Shown here: in pieces, positions 38,746-49,484 of the stretch
How positions within the stretch are numbered: position 1 is the first letter of the stretch
Layout of the letters: every line of letters starts with the position of its first letter
Assembly (NCBI GenBank): GCA_001797275.1
Contig: MGOY01000025.1
Location: forward strand, 30,964 to 94,963
Direction of reading: 5' to 3'
Length of the DNA stretch: 64,000 nt
Origin: Clostridiales bacterium GWF2_38_85
GTDB lineage: Bacteria > Bacillota > Clostridia > Oscillospirales > CAG-382
Translations under genes and position numbers: made by a program
The notes under the pieces: model-generated
Databases searched by the model: none
What the model was told of the DNA's origin: nothing
What the model saw: the letters and a program-made list of their open reading frames with translations, nothing else

Positions 38746-41172
38746 TTAAGATCTTAATTTCGCTCCGAATTTGTCTTTGACTCTCTTCAATACCTTTTTT
38801 ACAACTGCATCGGCATCCTCGTCGCTCATGGTCTTTTCTATGCTGAGCAGTACCATACTGTATGCAACGCTCTTTTTTCCTTCAGGAACACCCTTTCCCT
38901 GATAAACATCAAAGATCTCAACCGAGATCAACTGTTTTCCGCCGCTTTCTTTGATAACCTTAGCAATATCACCGGCAGGTGTATCTACATCGCAGACAAT
39001 CGCAATATCACGGCTTATGGATGGATATACAGGCAGAGATGTGTACTGCTTGCGTTCGGGCATATTCGTATAAATAGACTCGCAGTCAAGCTCAATCATG
39101 TATGTGTTTAGCGGAAGTCCGATTTCCTTCGCACATTCGGGATGAACCTGGCCAATCATACCAAGCTTGGTTGTATTGCTGCGTGTGACAGAATATATGC
39201 CGGCACTTCTGCCGGGCTGAAGATAGCTTTCGTTTTCAGCCATTACCTCAACATTGTTTATATTGAATTGAGCAAGAAGCTCTTCGCATACACCTTTCAT
39301 CTCAAAAAAGTCACAATCACCATAACCGACTGCAACCAGCACCTTATTTTCGCTGTGACTGCCATCCTCGTTGGGTATATAAACAAGCGAATGTTCGAAC
39401 AGCTTGACATCCTCCGCACGGTGGCTGTAATTGTAGGCAACAGTTTTGAGAAGCGAAGCAACTGCGGTTGTACGCATTATACTTGTATCCTCGCCCAGCG
39501 GATTTATCAGTTTTATGCTGTTTCTGCGTTTATCGTCAGCTGTAAGCCTTAACAAATCGTAGTATTTTGGGCTGATAAACGAGTATGTGTATGCCTCGGT
39601 ATAGCCGAGTGAAACCATTGTATTATTAATTTTTGTATCGAATTTCTGCCTGTCTGTCAGACCGCCGGGAATAGCTTCACCGTAGAATTTTGAGGTTTTA
39701 ATTTTATCATATCCGTAAAGTCTTGCTACTTCCTCAGCTATATCAGCGGTTTTCTCGATGTCGCCTCTGAAGGGCGGAACAACAAGCAAAAGTTTATCTC
39801 CGTCTTTTTCGACTGTCATTTCAAGCGGCAGCATAAGCGTTGCCATTTCTTCTGCGGTCAGCTCTGTACCAAGCAATGCATTTACGCGTTTGTAATCGAA
39901 TGCAATCTTTCTTTTTCCGATATCCGCATTATTTATATCGATTAGACCCTCACAGGCTTCGCCGGCACCAAGCATTTCAACAAGCTCAACAGCACGAAGC
40001 AATGCAGGCATTGTATTTACCGCAGGCAGTCCCTTTTCAAATCTCCCCGAGCTTTCTGTCCTGACACCAAGTGCATTTGCAGTATGACGGACATTTGAGC
40101 GATTGAAATTTGCGCTCTCGAACACAACAGTTGCGGTTGTATCAAGAATTTCGCTGTTCTCTCCACCCATAATACCTGCAAGTGCAATAGGTTTCTCGCC
40201 ATCTGCAATAACAAGCATATCAGCTGTTAGCTCATGCGGAACACTGTCAAGGGTTGTGATGCTTTCGCCCTGTCTTGCACGTCTGACAACTATACGCTTT
40301 GATCCAATGTATGAGTAATCGAATGCATGCATCGGCTGACCGTACTCAAGCATGACATAGTTTGTTATATCGACAATATTGTTTATTGAACGTACACCCA
40401 TTGCACGAAGTCTGGCACGCAGCCAGAGCGGTGATGGTGCAATCTTAACATTCTTCACCATTGCGGCGCTGTATCTCGGGCAAAGATCTTCATCCTGAAC
40501 CTCAACGCTGAGAATTTCGGGTGCAATTATTTTGCCAGTAACCTGATCAGGAACCGCGGGAGTATGCAGTCTGAGCGATTCGCCAAGTGTTGCAGCTGTT
40601 TCTCTTGCAATACCGATTACCGAAAGGCAATCGGGGCGGTTGAAGGTCAGCTCAAACTCAATTACTGTATCATCAAGCATACAGACATCTTTTATATTAT
40701 CACCGAGTTTGCAATCCTCCTGAAGCAGGAAGATACCGTCTTCTTCGGCATATGAAAAATCGTTTATTGTAAGTCCAAGCTCTTCAAGTGAGCATAACAT
40801 GCCTTCGGAAACCTCACCTCTGAGTTTACCGGATTTTATTTTCTTGCCAACGGTTTTACCGTTGGCAATGCCTCCCGCAACAACTGCACCGTCAATAGCA
40901 ACAGGAACAAGACTGCCCGGGACAACATTCTGTGCTCCGGTAACAATCTGCAACACCCTGTCTCCCATATCAACCTTGCATATGTTAAGATGGTCGGAAT
41001 CCTTATGTTTTTCTATTTCAAGTACTCTGCCGACAAAAATATTCTGAAGCACATCTCCAAGAAAGGTATATCCCTCAACCTTTGTTCCGGTGTGAGTCAT
41101 CTGTTCGGAATATTCTCTTGCTGTGCAGTTTACATCAACATAATCCTTGAGCCAATTTATCGAAACTTTCAT
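38746..41172 (-). CDS. pheT: Phenylalanine--tRNA ligase beta subunit
   Basis: MKVSINWLKDY, SEGMLCS, NRPDCLS, GQPMHAFD, EEVARLYGYD and a C-terminal FDX-ACB domain. Confidence 0.97.
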   Translation of the reverse strand: MKVSINWLKDYVDVNCTAREYSEQMTHTGTKVEGYTFLGDVLQNIFVGRVLEIEKHKDSDHLNICKVDMGDRVLQIVTGAQNVVPGSLVPVAIDGAVVAGGIANGKTVGKKIKSGKLRGEVSEGMLCSLEELGLTINDFSYAEEDGIFLLQEDCKLGDNIKDVCMLDDTVIEFELTFNRPDCLSVIGIARETAATLGESLRLHTPAVPDQVTGKIIAPEILSVEVQDEDLCPRYSAAMVKNVKIAPSPLWLRARLRAMGVRSINNIVDITNYVMLEYGQPMHAFDYSYIGSKRIVVRRARQGESITTLDSVPHELTADMLVIADGEKPIALAGIMGGENSEILDTTATVVFESANFNRSNVRHTANALGVRTESSGRFEKGLPAVNTMPALLRAVELVEMLGAGEACEGLIDINNADIGKRKIAFDYKRVNALLGTELTAEEMATLMLPLEMTVEKDGDKLLLVVPPFRGDIEKTADIAEEVARLYGYDKIKTSKFYGEAIPGGLTDRQKFDTKINNTMVSLGYTEAYTYSFISPKYYDLLRLTADDKRRNSIKLINPLGEDTSIMRTTAVASLLKTVAYNYSHRAEDVKLFEHSLVYIPNEDGSHSENKVLVAVGYGDCDFFEMKGVCEELLAQFNINNVEVMAENESYLQPGRSAGIYSVTRSNTTKLGMIGQVHPECAKEIGLPLNTYMIELDCESIYTNMPERKQYTSLPVYPSISRDIAIVCDVDTPAGDIAKVIKESGGKQLISVEIFDVYQGKGVPEGKKSVAYSMVLLSIEKTMSDEDADAVVKKVLKRVKDKFGAKLRS

Positions 41173-41292
41173 AAATTATATTTTCCTTTCTCCATATTGC
41201 GGAGTTTTGTGTCGGTTTTGCGAAGCAAAATTTACTCTATACTTTTTGATGTAAAAGATACAAAACTCTGTATCTGAAAGTTTACTTTCAGA
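41173..41292 (-). repeat. Family A structured intercistronic element, copy A4 (fills the pheS-pheT gap)
   Basis: Starts directly after the pheS TAA: TCTGAAAG-TAAA-CTTTCAGA; outer stem GAGTTTTGTATC/GACACAAAACTC; inner TTTAC..GTAAA and TTTTGC-TTC-GCAAAA; then GAAAGGAA RBS. Confidence 0.87.
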
Positions 41293-42312
41293 TTAGAATT
41301 GTGATAAAAATCTCAGGTCATTCTCAAACAACAGACGCATATCGTCTATGCTGTTTTTAAGAATTGTTACACGATCCATTCCGACACCGAATGCAAAGCC
41401 GCTGTAAACCGATGAGTCGATTCCACAGCCGTCAAGCACATTCGGGTGAACCATGCCTGCCCCTAAGATTTCTATCCAGCCTTCGCCCTTACAGAGTCTG
41501 CACCCGCTGCCGCCGCAGGCAAAGCAGGAAACATCGACTTCTGCGGAAGGCTCTGTAAACGGGAAGTTATGAGGTCTGAAACGAGTTTTAGTGCCTGCAC
41601 CGAACATTTTCTGTGCAACCATATCAAGAGTACCCTTGAGGTCGCCCATAGTAATATTTTTGTCAACAACAAGTCCCTCAAGCTGATGGAACATTGGTGA
41701 ATGGGTTGCATCAACACCATCACAGCGGTAAACACGACCCGGAGATATTATTCTGATAGGCGACTGTTTACCTCTCATTGCACGAATCTGTACCGGCGAG
41801 GTCTGGGTGCGTAATAGCAACTCGGGGTTGATATAAAAGGTGTCAGTCATATCCCTTGACGGGTGATCCTTAGGTGCGTTTAGTGCATCAAAGTTATTGT
41901 ATGCAAGTTCGATTTCGGGACCTTCAACAACTGTAAAGCCCATATCAAGAAATATCTGTCTTGCTTCGTATATTGTCTGTGTAATCGGATGCAGTTTGCC
42001 CAGCTTATGACGTTTTGAGGGCAGCGTAACATCGATTTTATCCCTCTCAAACGCTCTCTCCTGTTCAATTTTTCCGATATATTCACGCCTTTCGGCAATT
42101 TTTGCTTCAATTTCTTCTCTGACACTGTTCGCAAGCTGACCGATTACAGGTCTTTCTTCTGCTGTCAATGCGCCCATACCTCTCAGGATTGCTGTAAGCT
42201 CTCCTTTTTTACCGAGATATTTGACTCTGCTCTGTTCAAGCTCATCGGCAGAATTTGTTTTTACGATTTCATCGACAGCGATTTTCAATATCTCTTCTAA
42301 TTTATCCCTCAT
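41293..42312 (-). CDS. pheS: Phenylalanine--tRNA ligase alpha subunit
   Basis: HPSRDMTDTF, LRTQTSPVQ, FPFTEPS and GFAFGVG motifs. Confidence 0.98.
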   Translation of the reverse strand: MRDKLEEILKIAVDEIVKTNSADELEQSRVKYLGKKGELTAILRGMGALTAEERPVIGQLANSVREEIEAKIAERREYIGKIEQERAFERDKIDVTLPSKRHKLGKLHPITQTIYEARQIFLDMGFTVVEGPEIELAYNNFDALNAPKDHPSRDMTDTFYINPELLLRTQTSPVQIRAMRGKQSPIRIISPGRVYRCDGVDATHSPMFHQLEGLVVDKNITMGDLKGTLDMVAQKMFGAGTKTRFRPHNFPFTEPSAEVDVSCFACGGSGCRLCKGEGWIEILGAGMVHPNVLDGCGIDSSVYSGFAFGVGMDRVTILKNSIDDMRLLFENDLRFLSQF

Positions 42313-42348
42313 TGGTCGATCCGTTCCTTTCGTATGTGTATAGCACTA

Positions 42349-43029
42349 TTATATGCTTTTACAAATGTATTCGGTTATCATTGCAGCACGGTCTGCTGTA
42401 GTTTTTTCAAAATCGTTGTGTATCTCTGCCGTATCGTCTGCAAAATCCGACACAGAACGTATAGCAACAAAACGTACGCCGTTCAACAGACAGACATGCG
42501 CAATCGCTGCACCTTCCATTTCAACACAATCAGCACCGAAGCTGTCGATTATATTCTTTTTATCGCTGTCGCTTGCAACGAATCTGTCGCCGCTTGCGAC
42601 TGTTCCGACTATGTAGACGATACCCGCGCTCTTACATGCTTTCTCAGACAGCTTTATAAGCTCCTCGTCAGCCTTGAATATCTTATTGTACGGCGGATAG
42701 CTGTCAAGTAAATCAAGCGGATTGAAGTCATGATAAACCGCAGTTTTTGAGATAACAATATCACCGATTTCAAGATTTCTATTAAGCCCGCCGGCGATAC
42801 CCGAGTTGATGATTATTTCAACACCAGTAAGATCGATCAATCTTTGTGCAGCTGCCGCAGCATTCACCTTGCCGATACCGCAAAGGCAGATATATACTTC
42901 TATATCGTTATCAAGTTTTGTTGTCAGTATATCTTTTTTGAATTTCTTTGCGTCAAGTGCTTCCGCTAAAGTCAGCATTTCGACTTTCATCGCACATATA
43001 ACTCCGATTTTTTTCATATATAGCTCCAA
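42349..43029 (-). CDS. mtnN: 5'-methylthioadenosine/S-adenosylhomocysteine nucleosidase
   Basis: GIGKVNAA, SGIAGG, SGDRF, VEMEGAA and IRSVSD motifs. Confidence 0.93.
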   Translation of the reverse strand: MELYMKKIGVICAMKVEMLTLAEALDAKKFKKDILTTKLDNDIEVYICLCGIGKVNAAAAAQRLIDLTGVEIIINSGIAGGLNRNLEIGDIVISKTAVYHDFNPLDLLDSYPPYNKIFKADEELIKLSEKACKSAGIVYIVGTVASGDRFVASDSDKKNIIDSFGADCVEMEGAAIAHVCLLNGVRFVAIRSVSDFADDTAEIHNDFEKTTADRAAMITEYICKSI

Positions 43030-43057
43030 TTATTTTTATTTTAACTTGATTAAAATT

Positions 43058-44155
43058 TTATTCAAGATAATCCTTTAGTCTCTTTGAACGGCTGGGGTGT
43101 CTAAGCTTTCTGAGTGCTTTCGCCTCAATTTGACGGATACGCTCTCTGGTGATGTCAAATATCTTACCAACCTCTTCAAGGGTTCTCTGTCTGCCGTCTT
43201 CAAGTCCGAATCTCAGCTTCAAAACGCTTTCTTCTCTGGGTGTGAGTGTGTGAAGCACCTCAAGTAATTGTTCGTGCAGCATAGTTGATGCCGCTTTGTC
43301 TGATGGTGACGGAGTATGGTCGTCGGCAATAAAGTCACCGAGGTGGCTGTCTTCTTCTTCACCGATGGGCATTTCGAGTGATACAGGCTCTTGCGCAATC
43401 TTTAGAATATCCCTGACCTTGTCGACAGGCATTCCCATGACTTCGGAAATTTCTTCCGCAGATGCTTCTCTGCCGAATTCCTGCAAGAGCTGACGGGATG
43501 TACGAAGCACCTTATTTATTGTTTCAACCATATGAACAGGGATACGGATTGTTCTTGCCTGATCGGCAATTGCTCTGGTTATTGCCTGGCGGATCCACCA
43601 TGTTGCATAGGTTGAGAATTTATATCCCTTGCAGTAGTCAAACTTTTCAACTGCTTTCATAAGTCCGAGGTTTCCCTCCTGTATAAGATCAAGGAAGAAC
43701 ATGCCCCGGTTAACATATCTTTTTGCGATGCTGACAACAAGTCTCAGATTGGATTCAACAAGCTGTTTCTTTGCATCATCATCACCCTGTGCCATCCTGT
43801 AAGCAAGCTCAAGTTCTTTATCGGCCGAAAGAAGTGAAACCTTGCCGATCTCCTTCAGGTACATACGTACCGGATCATCCATCGGAAGTCCTTCCTGCGC
43901 AAGCAGTTCGTCTACTTCCTCAGGATTGTCATCGATTATCAGATCTTCGTCAACATCATCAAGCATCAGCAGCAGTTCATTATCTGAGTCTGTGTTGATT
44001 TCGATGCCCTGCTCATCGAGTGTGTCGTTTATCAGCTCAAATTGTTCAAGCTCACAGTCAAACCCATCACAGGCTTCAAGGACTTCAATGCTGTTGAGTG
44101 AGCCGCGTTGTTTTCCGCGTTCAAACAAATCGTCCATAACACTGTTGTTTTTCAT
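43058..44155 (-). CDS. sigA: Primary RNA polymerase sigma factor
   Basis: [31 protein letters not shown] and TRERIRQIE motifs. Confidence 0.98.
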   Translation of the reverse strand: MKNNSVMDDLFERGKQRGSLNSIEVLEACDGFDCELEQFELINDTLDEQGIEINTDSDNELLLMLDDVDEDLIIDDNPEEVDELLAQEGLPMDDPVRMYLKEIGKVSLLSADKELELAYRMAQGDDDAKKQLVESNLRLVVSIAKRYVNRGMFFLDLIQEGNLGLMKAVEKFDYCKGYKFSTYATWWIRQAITRAIADQARTIRIPVHMVETINKVLRTSRQLLQEFGREASAEEISEVMGMPVDKVRDILKIAQEPVSLEMPIGEEEDSHLGDFIADDHTPSPSDKAASTMLHEQLLEVLHTLTPREESVLKLRFGLEDGRQRTLEEVGKIFDITRERIRQIEAKALRKLRHPSRSKRLKDYLE

Positions 44156-44197
44156 ATCAGACCTACCTTATTATATATTAATATTTTATTATCCTGT

Positions 44198-45958
44198 TTA
44201 TTTTGATTTTTTCTTTTTGAGCATTTCAAAATAATCACCAAGCTTTTCATAATCATCTTCGGCAGCTTTATTTAGTTCTTTTTCTTTGCGTTTTTCCTTT
44301 AACAATTTTATATCTGCCTCCAGAACCTCGGAATCGTTCTTAATCAGCTTCAGCCGGCTCGCCATAATTCTCGATATACTTCCCTGCTCCTTCGCATTAA
44401 ACAGGCTGTCCGCAGAAATATTTAATTCTCTGCCTTCTTCAAGATAAGGTTTCATTGCCGAAAACAACTTTTTTGAAAATGCGGTTACAAAATCCTCATC
44501 CTGTAATACTGTTAATACTTTTTTGCCCAGATCGGGGCGTATTAGAAGTATGCCCAATATACGCTCCTCTATTGTAGAAACATCCGAGAATTTTACTCTC
44601 TCAGGATTGGTATTATCACCGTACCCCAACTTTTTGCGAATTTCGCTGTCGAAAAAGTCGCTTTTTACTTTTTTAAAATGTCTTTTTGTTTTAATCTCAA
44701 TAGCTTTTGCAATTCCGTCGGTTGATAAACCTAAAATTTCAGCTGCTCTGTGGGAATATATTTCCCTTGTCGGTTTATCGCCAATTGTTGATATGTAATC
44801 TGTCAGTTCATTCATCGCATTCTGCTTGTCGTCGGCAAGAGTCAGATCGTATTTTTTCAAAATTTCATTTATCGAATAATCGATTCTTCCTGATGAGCCG
44901 TCAAGCTTTTTCTTAAATGCTGCCGCTCCGTATTTCTTTATATAGTCGTCGGGGTCTTTAACATCTCCCAACTCGATAACCCTTACATTGATTCCAAGCT
45001 CAGTCATAGCTGCAATTGCCTTGTCGGTTGCATTTCTGCCTGCGTTATCCGAGTCATATGCCAGTAGCACATTTTTTGTAAACCGTGCGATTATCCTTGC
45101 ATGCTCAGCGTTTACCGCAGTTCCGAGTGTCGCAACCGCATTGCAGAAGCCTGCCTGATGCAGTGAAATAACATCCATATAACCTTCGCATAAAATTAAT
45201 GAGTCGGTTGCATATACCTTGGCAAAATTCAAGGCGAACAGGTTCCGGTTTTTCTTAAACGCCGGAGTGTCTGAGGTGTTTATATACTTTGGTTTATCGT
45301 CACCCATTGTTCTGCCACCAAAGGCGACAACATTACCCAGAAGGTCAATAATGGGAAAAATAACTCTGTTTCTGTAATAGTCAAAAAGTCTGTCGTTCTT
45401 TGCACCGGCAAGAAAGCCTGCTGTCAGTTCATACGGCTTGAAACCTGATTTTGTCAAGTAGTCTGATAATGCAGTCCAGCTGTTGGGTGAGGCGCCGAGT
45501 CCGAAATGCTTGATTGTTGTTTCCTTCATCTCTCTGTTGCGCAGATAATCGAGAGCCGGTTTCCCTTCGTCTGAGTAAAGGAAGCTATGAAAGAATTTTG
45601 CAGCTTCCTTGTTCATTTCAAGAATCCGCTGACGGTTGACTTGAAATTTATCCTGCCTTTTTTCATCCTGTTCCATAGGGATGCCGCAGCGTCTTGCAAG
45701 GAATTCAATCGCTCCGGGATAATCGAGATTTTCGATGTTCATGATAAAGCTGACGACATCGCCGCCCACTCCGCAGCCGAAGCAATAAAAGCTGCCATTT
45801 GTCGGAAACACAACAAAGGACGGTGTTTTTTCGCTGTGAAAGGGGCAAAGTCCGACCATATTCGAGCCTGCACGATGAAGCTGTACATACTGCCCGATAA
45901 CATCCGAAAGCTCATTTCTGAATTTGATTTCATCAAGAAACGATGGTGTGAATGACAT
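44198..45958 (-). CDS. dnaG: DNA primase
   Basis: CPFH..KTPSF zinc finger, KYIN, EGYMDV and YDSD TOPRIM motifs. Confidence 0.98.
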   Translation of the reverse strand: MSFTPSFLDEIKFRNELSDVIGQYVQLHRAGSNMVGLCPFHSEKTPSFVVFPTNGSFYCFGCGVGGDVVSFIMNIENLDYPGAIEFLARRCGIPMEQDEKRQDKFQVNRQRILEMNKEAAKFFHSFLYSDEGKPALDYLRNREMKETTIKHFGLGASPNSWTALSDYLTKSGFKPYELTAGFLAGAKNDRLFDYYRNRVIFPIIDLLGNVVAFGGRTMGDDKPKYINTSDTPAFKKNRNLFALNFAKVYATDSLILCEGYMDVISLHQAGFCNAVATLGTAVNAEHARIIARFTKNVLLAYDSDNAGRNATDKAIAAMTELGINVRVIELGDVKDPDDYIKKYGAAAFKKKLDGSSGRIDYSINEILKKYDLTLADDKQNAMNELTDYISTIGDKPTREIYSHRAAEILGLSTDGIAKAIEIKTKRHFKKVKSDFFDSEIRKKLGYGDNTNPERVKFSDVSTIEERILGILLIRPDLGKKVLTVLQDEDFVTAFSKKLFSAMKPYLEEGRELNISADSLFNAKEQGSISRIMASRLKLIKNDSEVLEADIKLLKEKRKEKELNKAAEDDYEKLGDYFEMLKKKKSK

Positions 45959-46114
45959 TTCTGCTCCTTTCAGACATAAAACCTCTATGCTTGTTTTGGG
46001 GTATTGCGTGTAGATAAAAGCTTACTTATAATTTTGCTTTTTGTTTATTTTTAGTTTCCCACCCTTTATAAAATAATGATTGGTTTTTATCATATGTTCG
46101 TATATAGTCATAGG

Positions 46115-46678
46115 TTAATCCTCGATAATTTCGTATATAAATTCGCATGGTTTTTCACCAACACTGTTTAATGCTGAAGAAACAATTTCTTTTATTTTCA
46201 ATTTAACTCCAAGTGCATTTTGATAATGATAGCGAAAATGCCCTGCACAGCAAGCACAATAGGTAAGCGACATTGGCTCGTTCGGTAACTTTCCTTTAAG
46301 GCACCAGCAAGGACATTTATAAATATCATTTTCTTTCCCATAGATACCAGTGTAAATTGTGCCATCTGTATATAAAACAGGATTTCCCATCCACTTAACA
46401 GTTGATAAAAGATTGACTTTTTCGCTAAGTGCTTTATCTTTATTAACTTTTGCAAATTGTCTACAGTCTTTATTTCTTTGTCCACCAATGCAACAAGCAC
46501 AATTACTTAAAATATCAACAGTTTCATCATGAGTAAAAGCTTTTTCCAATCGTCTTATTGAATCAGCGATGGCATTAATGTCTTTTGTATTCATGTCATC
46601 GCCTAAGAGTTGATTTATTTTATCTGAATCGATATTATTTCCTAATAAAGCTTTTCGAATTTTTTCAATACTTGGCAT
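46115..46678 (-). CDS. Cys-rich hypothetical protein (DUF6144-like, possible metal-binding effector domain)
   Basis: CACC, CPCWC, TYCACCAGH and CEF motifs; visibly AT-rich, inserted between dgt and dnaG. Confidence 0.6.
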   Translation of the reverse strand: MPSIEKIRKALLGNNIDSDKINQLLGDDMNTKDINAIADSIRRLEKAFTHDETVDILSNCACCIGGQRNKDCRQFAKVNKDKALSEKVNLLSTVKWMGNPVLYTDGTIYTGIYGKENDIYKCPCWCLKGKLPNEPMSLTYCACCAGHFRYHYQNALGVKLKIKEIVSSALNSVGEKPCEFIYEIIED

Positions 46679-46803
46679 AAATTTTCCCCTTAAAATATAA
46701 GTTATTTATTTAGCTTTCATAGGTGGGTCAAATTCTTTATATAATTTTACATGCTCAGGTAACTTATAAATTTATGTTAATTATTATTTCTTTTATTTTT
46801 ATA

Positions 46804-47834
46804 TTATTGCTTATTTACCGCCCATGCACGCGGTACGAAAAGTGAATCGAACACAGCGAGTGCGTAGCGATCTGTCATGCCGGCTATATAGTCACACACA
46901 GCTACATCTATTCCGTCAGAATCTATGAATTTTCGATATTCGGGCGACAATGATTCGGGCTTGCTTTTAAAATAACCGTATAAAAGCTCAAGCATTTTTG
47001 TTACTCTGCCATCCTCGCTTTTCGCCTTCTCGTTTCGGTATACCTTCTCAAACATGAATTCACGCAGCCTGTAGGTTGCAGTTCCGATGGGTTCTGTAAA
47101 TCCCACTCCAAAACTGGTATTGCTGCCGTTATTTACTCCGTATTCGATAACAGAGCGAACCATTGTGTTTATCCTGTCACCATGTGAATAGCCGAGTATA
47201 TCCGACAGCTCAGTCGGTATATCTGAATAGCTGATAATACTTGCACGTACAGCGTCGTCGATGTCATGGTTTATATATGCAATTCTGTCGGCATATTTAA
47301 TTAACTGTCCTTCGAGTGTGAATGCCAGGTCTTCACCGGTATGGTTTGCAATACCATCCCTTACTTCAAACGTCAGGTTCAATCCCTGACCGTCATTTTC
47401 AAGCTTGTCCACAACCCTCAGGCTTTGGCTGCTGTGTGAAAATCCGGCTGGGTTGAGTTGATTCAACGCATACTCACCCGAATGGCCGAAAGGTGTATGC
47501 CCAGGTCATGACCGAGTGCAATCGCTTCGGTAAGGTCCTCGTTCAACCTGAGCGAGCGGGCAATTGTACGGGCAATCCGTGAAACCTCAAGTGTATGTGT
47601 GAGTCTGGTGCGGAAATGATCGCCTTCGGGTGCGATGAACACCTGCATCTTATGCATAAGGCGGCGGAAGGATTTACTGTGGATGATACGGTCGCAGTCA
47701 CGCTGAAAGGGAGTGCGGAATTCACACTCTTCTATCGGCCTTAACCTGCCTTTTGTGAATTGACTTCTGGCAGCTTTATCACAAAGTGCCTGCCGTTCAT
47801 ACTCAAAAATCAAATCCTTCATTTCCATCACCAT
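46804..47834 (-). pseudogene. dgt: dGTP triphosphohydrolase (HD family), split by a 1-nt deletion
   Basis: RTPFQRD..RIIHS.SFRRL..K and RTRLTH motifs. At ~47499-47502 the sequence reads CAT GAC CTG GG CAT ACA CCT TTC GGC CAT; one extra base restores [21 protein letters not shown] and DYIAGMTD lie in the downstream ORF. Confidence 0.85.
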
Positions 47835-47846
47835 AATTTCTGAATT

Positions 47847-49484
47847 CTATTTTATATCTCTCTTGACAAAGGTCCAGAGTGAAGCAACAAACATTGCTAA
47901 AGCTGTTGCCCCCAACATAATAGCACCAAGTGTTGGATTTAGCTGAACAGAAGATAAGTTATACATATTTCCGTCACCCACGAACTGTGATAGATCAAGA
48001 TAAGGTATGATAGTATATTTGAGCCAGTTGACTGAATTTTTCACAGTGTAAGATATTATCTGGTATATCAATGGGAATACAATATTTAATCCTATACCCG
48101 AGACAACCGCCAGTGCTGTGTTCTTTGTTAGGGTTGACATCATAAATGCAACAGAGATAAGGAATATCATTGATATCGAACAGAACATCGCCTGCACAGC
48201 AAGATACAGGAAGAAGCTGACCGACTGGACTGTTTCGCCGGTTACAAACATATATGGATATATAAAATCGGTAAATCCGTAGTTTATACCGAGAGAAATG
48301 ATACATACTGCCATGCCTGCAAACATTGTTATATACCCCGTTATTAAAACCGCTATATATTTCGCAGTTATTATCTTCCAGCGCTTAACAGGTCTGATAA
48401 CAAGCATATTAATTGTCTTAGTTGAGAACTCACCCGACACCATGCTTGAAGCAAGAAATACTGCTATTATAGCCACAAACATGGTCAGCGAAAGAAAGCT
48501 TAGTGATTGTTGACGGGTAGATTGAGTTATTGTGTAATCGGGAGTGTTATTATCAAGGCTTTCCCACAGTATAAGGTTCTTATCCTCGTATTTTTTAAGA
48601 TTGTTCTGTGTCAGTTTTATAAAATCTTCATAACTCTGTTGATTATAACTGTATCGTTCATTATATTCCTGTTCGTTCAATCTTAATTCATTTTTAGAAG
48701 AGATTATATTCTGAGCATTACTGTATATTGAATCCAGGGTGTTATTTTCCCAGCTACCTGAAGGCTCAATATCATTTTCTATACGAAATTCAAGTGTTTT
48801 TATAAATATTTCGTTATATGCTTTACTGTCTTTTAATGAATTAAGTGTATTTTTATATTCTTTATTATTTGGATATTGTTCTAATTTTAACTCAGCGGCA
48901 GTAATTTGGCTGTCGAATTGTTTATCCTGCCCCTCCGCATATTTAAGTTGTTCTTTATAATAGCTCATATAGTCATTGTTTTCAACTGTAAGCCAATATT
49001 GTTCTATTGCATTATTTGTATCTTCAACCAGTGATTCAAGAACATCATCGCTGACTTCAGTTCCAAGATATCCTGAATAATTATACAAATAACTCATTTC
49101 CTCTTCGCTGATATCATTATCAAGTACCAATTCTGCTTCAAAAACAATAATAGCATTTTGTTTTATTTGTTCAACAGTATTAAAGCGCCAGTCATTAATT
49201 TTAGTTACATTATATTCAAGTGCTTTCTCATAGACCGCCTTTTCTACTTTATATTGTTCCTTCACTACTTCCGGTTGATAATCACCTTTAGCTTCAATCT
49301 GCCATTCAAGATCCTGGATCATCTGCGATATATCTCGATCATATCCGTAATCATAATTATTTATATTGCTCAGAAAAGGAAGAGCAAAGCAAAACACAAT
49401 AAAGATTGCGATGACAATTGTTGTGCTGGGAGCTTTGAACTTTTTGATAAGCTCATTTTTTATAAGCCTGCCTAATTTATTCAT
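47847..49484 (-). CDS. ABC-2 type transporter permease with a large extracellular loop
   Basis: LIKNELIK start, GEFSTKTI..LVIRP.KRWKI..AK motif, six TM helices, FVKRDI end. Start refined to ATG 49484. Confidence 0.88.
   Translation of the reverse strand: MNKLGRLIKNELIKKFKAPSTTIVIAIFIVFCFALPFLSNINNYDYGYDRDISQMIQDLEWQIEAKGDYQPEVVKEQYKVEKAVYEKALEYNVTKINDWRFNTVEQIKQNAIIVFEAELVLDNDISEEEMSYLYNYSGYLGTEVSDDVLESLVEDTNNAIEQYWLTVENNDYMSYYKEQLKYAEGQDKQFDSQITAAELKLEQYPNNKEYKNTLNSLKDSKAYNEIFIKTLEFRIENDIEPSGSWENNTLDSIYSNAQNIISSKNELRLNEQEYNERYSYNQQSYEDFIKLTQNNLKKYEDKNLILWESLDNNTPDYTITQSTRQQSLSFLSLTMFVAIIAVFLASSMVSGEFSTKTINMLVIRPVKRWKIITAKYIAVLITGYITMFAGMAVCIISLGINYGFTDFIYPYMFVTGETVQSVSFFLYLAVQAMFCSISMIFLISVAFMMSTLTKNTALAVVSGIGLNIVFPLIYQIISYTVKNSVNWLKYTIIPYLDLSQFVGDGNMYNLSSVQLNPTLGAIMLGATALAMFVASLWTFVKRDIK

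Noticed and set aside
42313-42348. T-box riboswitch upstream of pheS
   Set aside because: The spacer is ~36 nt and has no T-box sequence.
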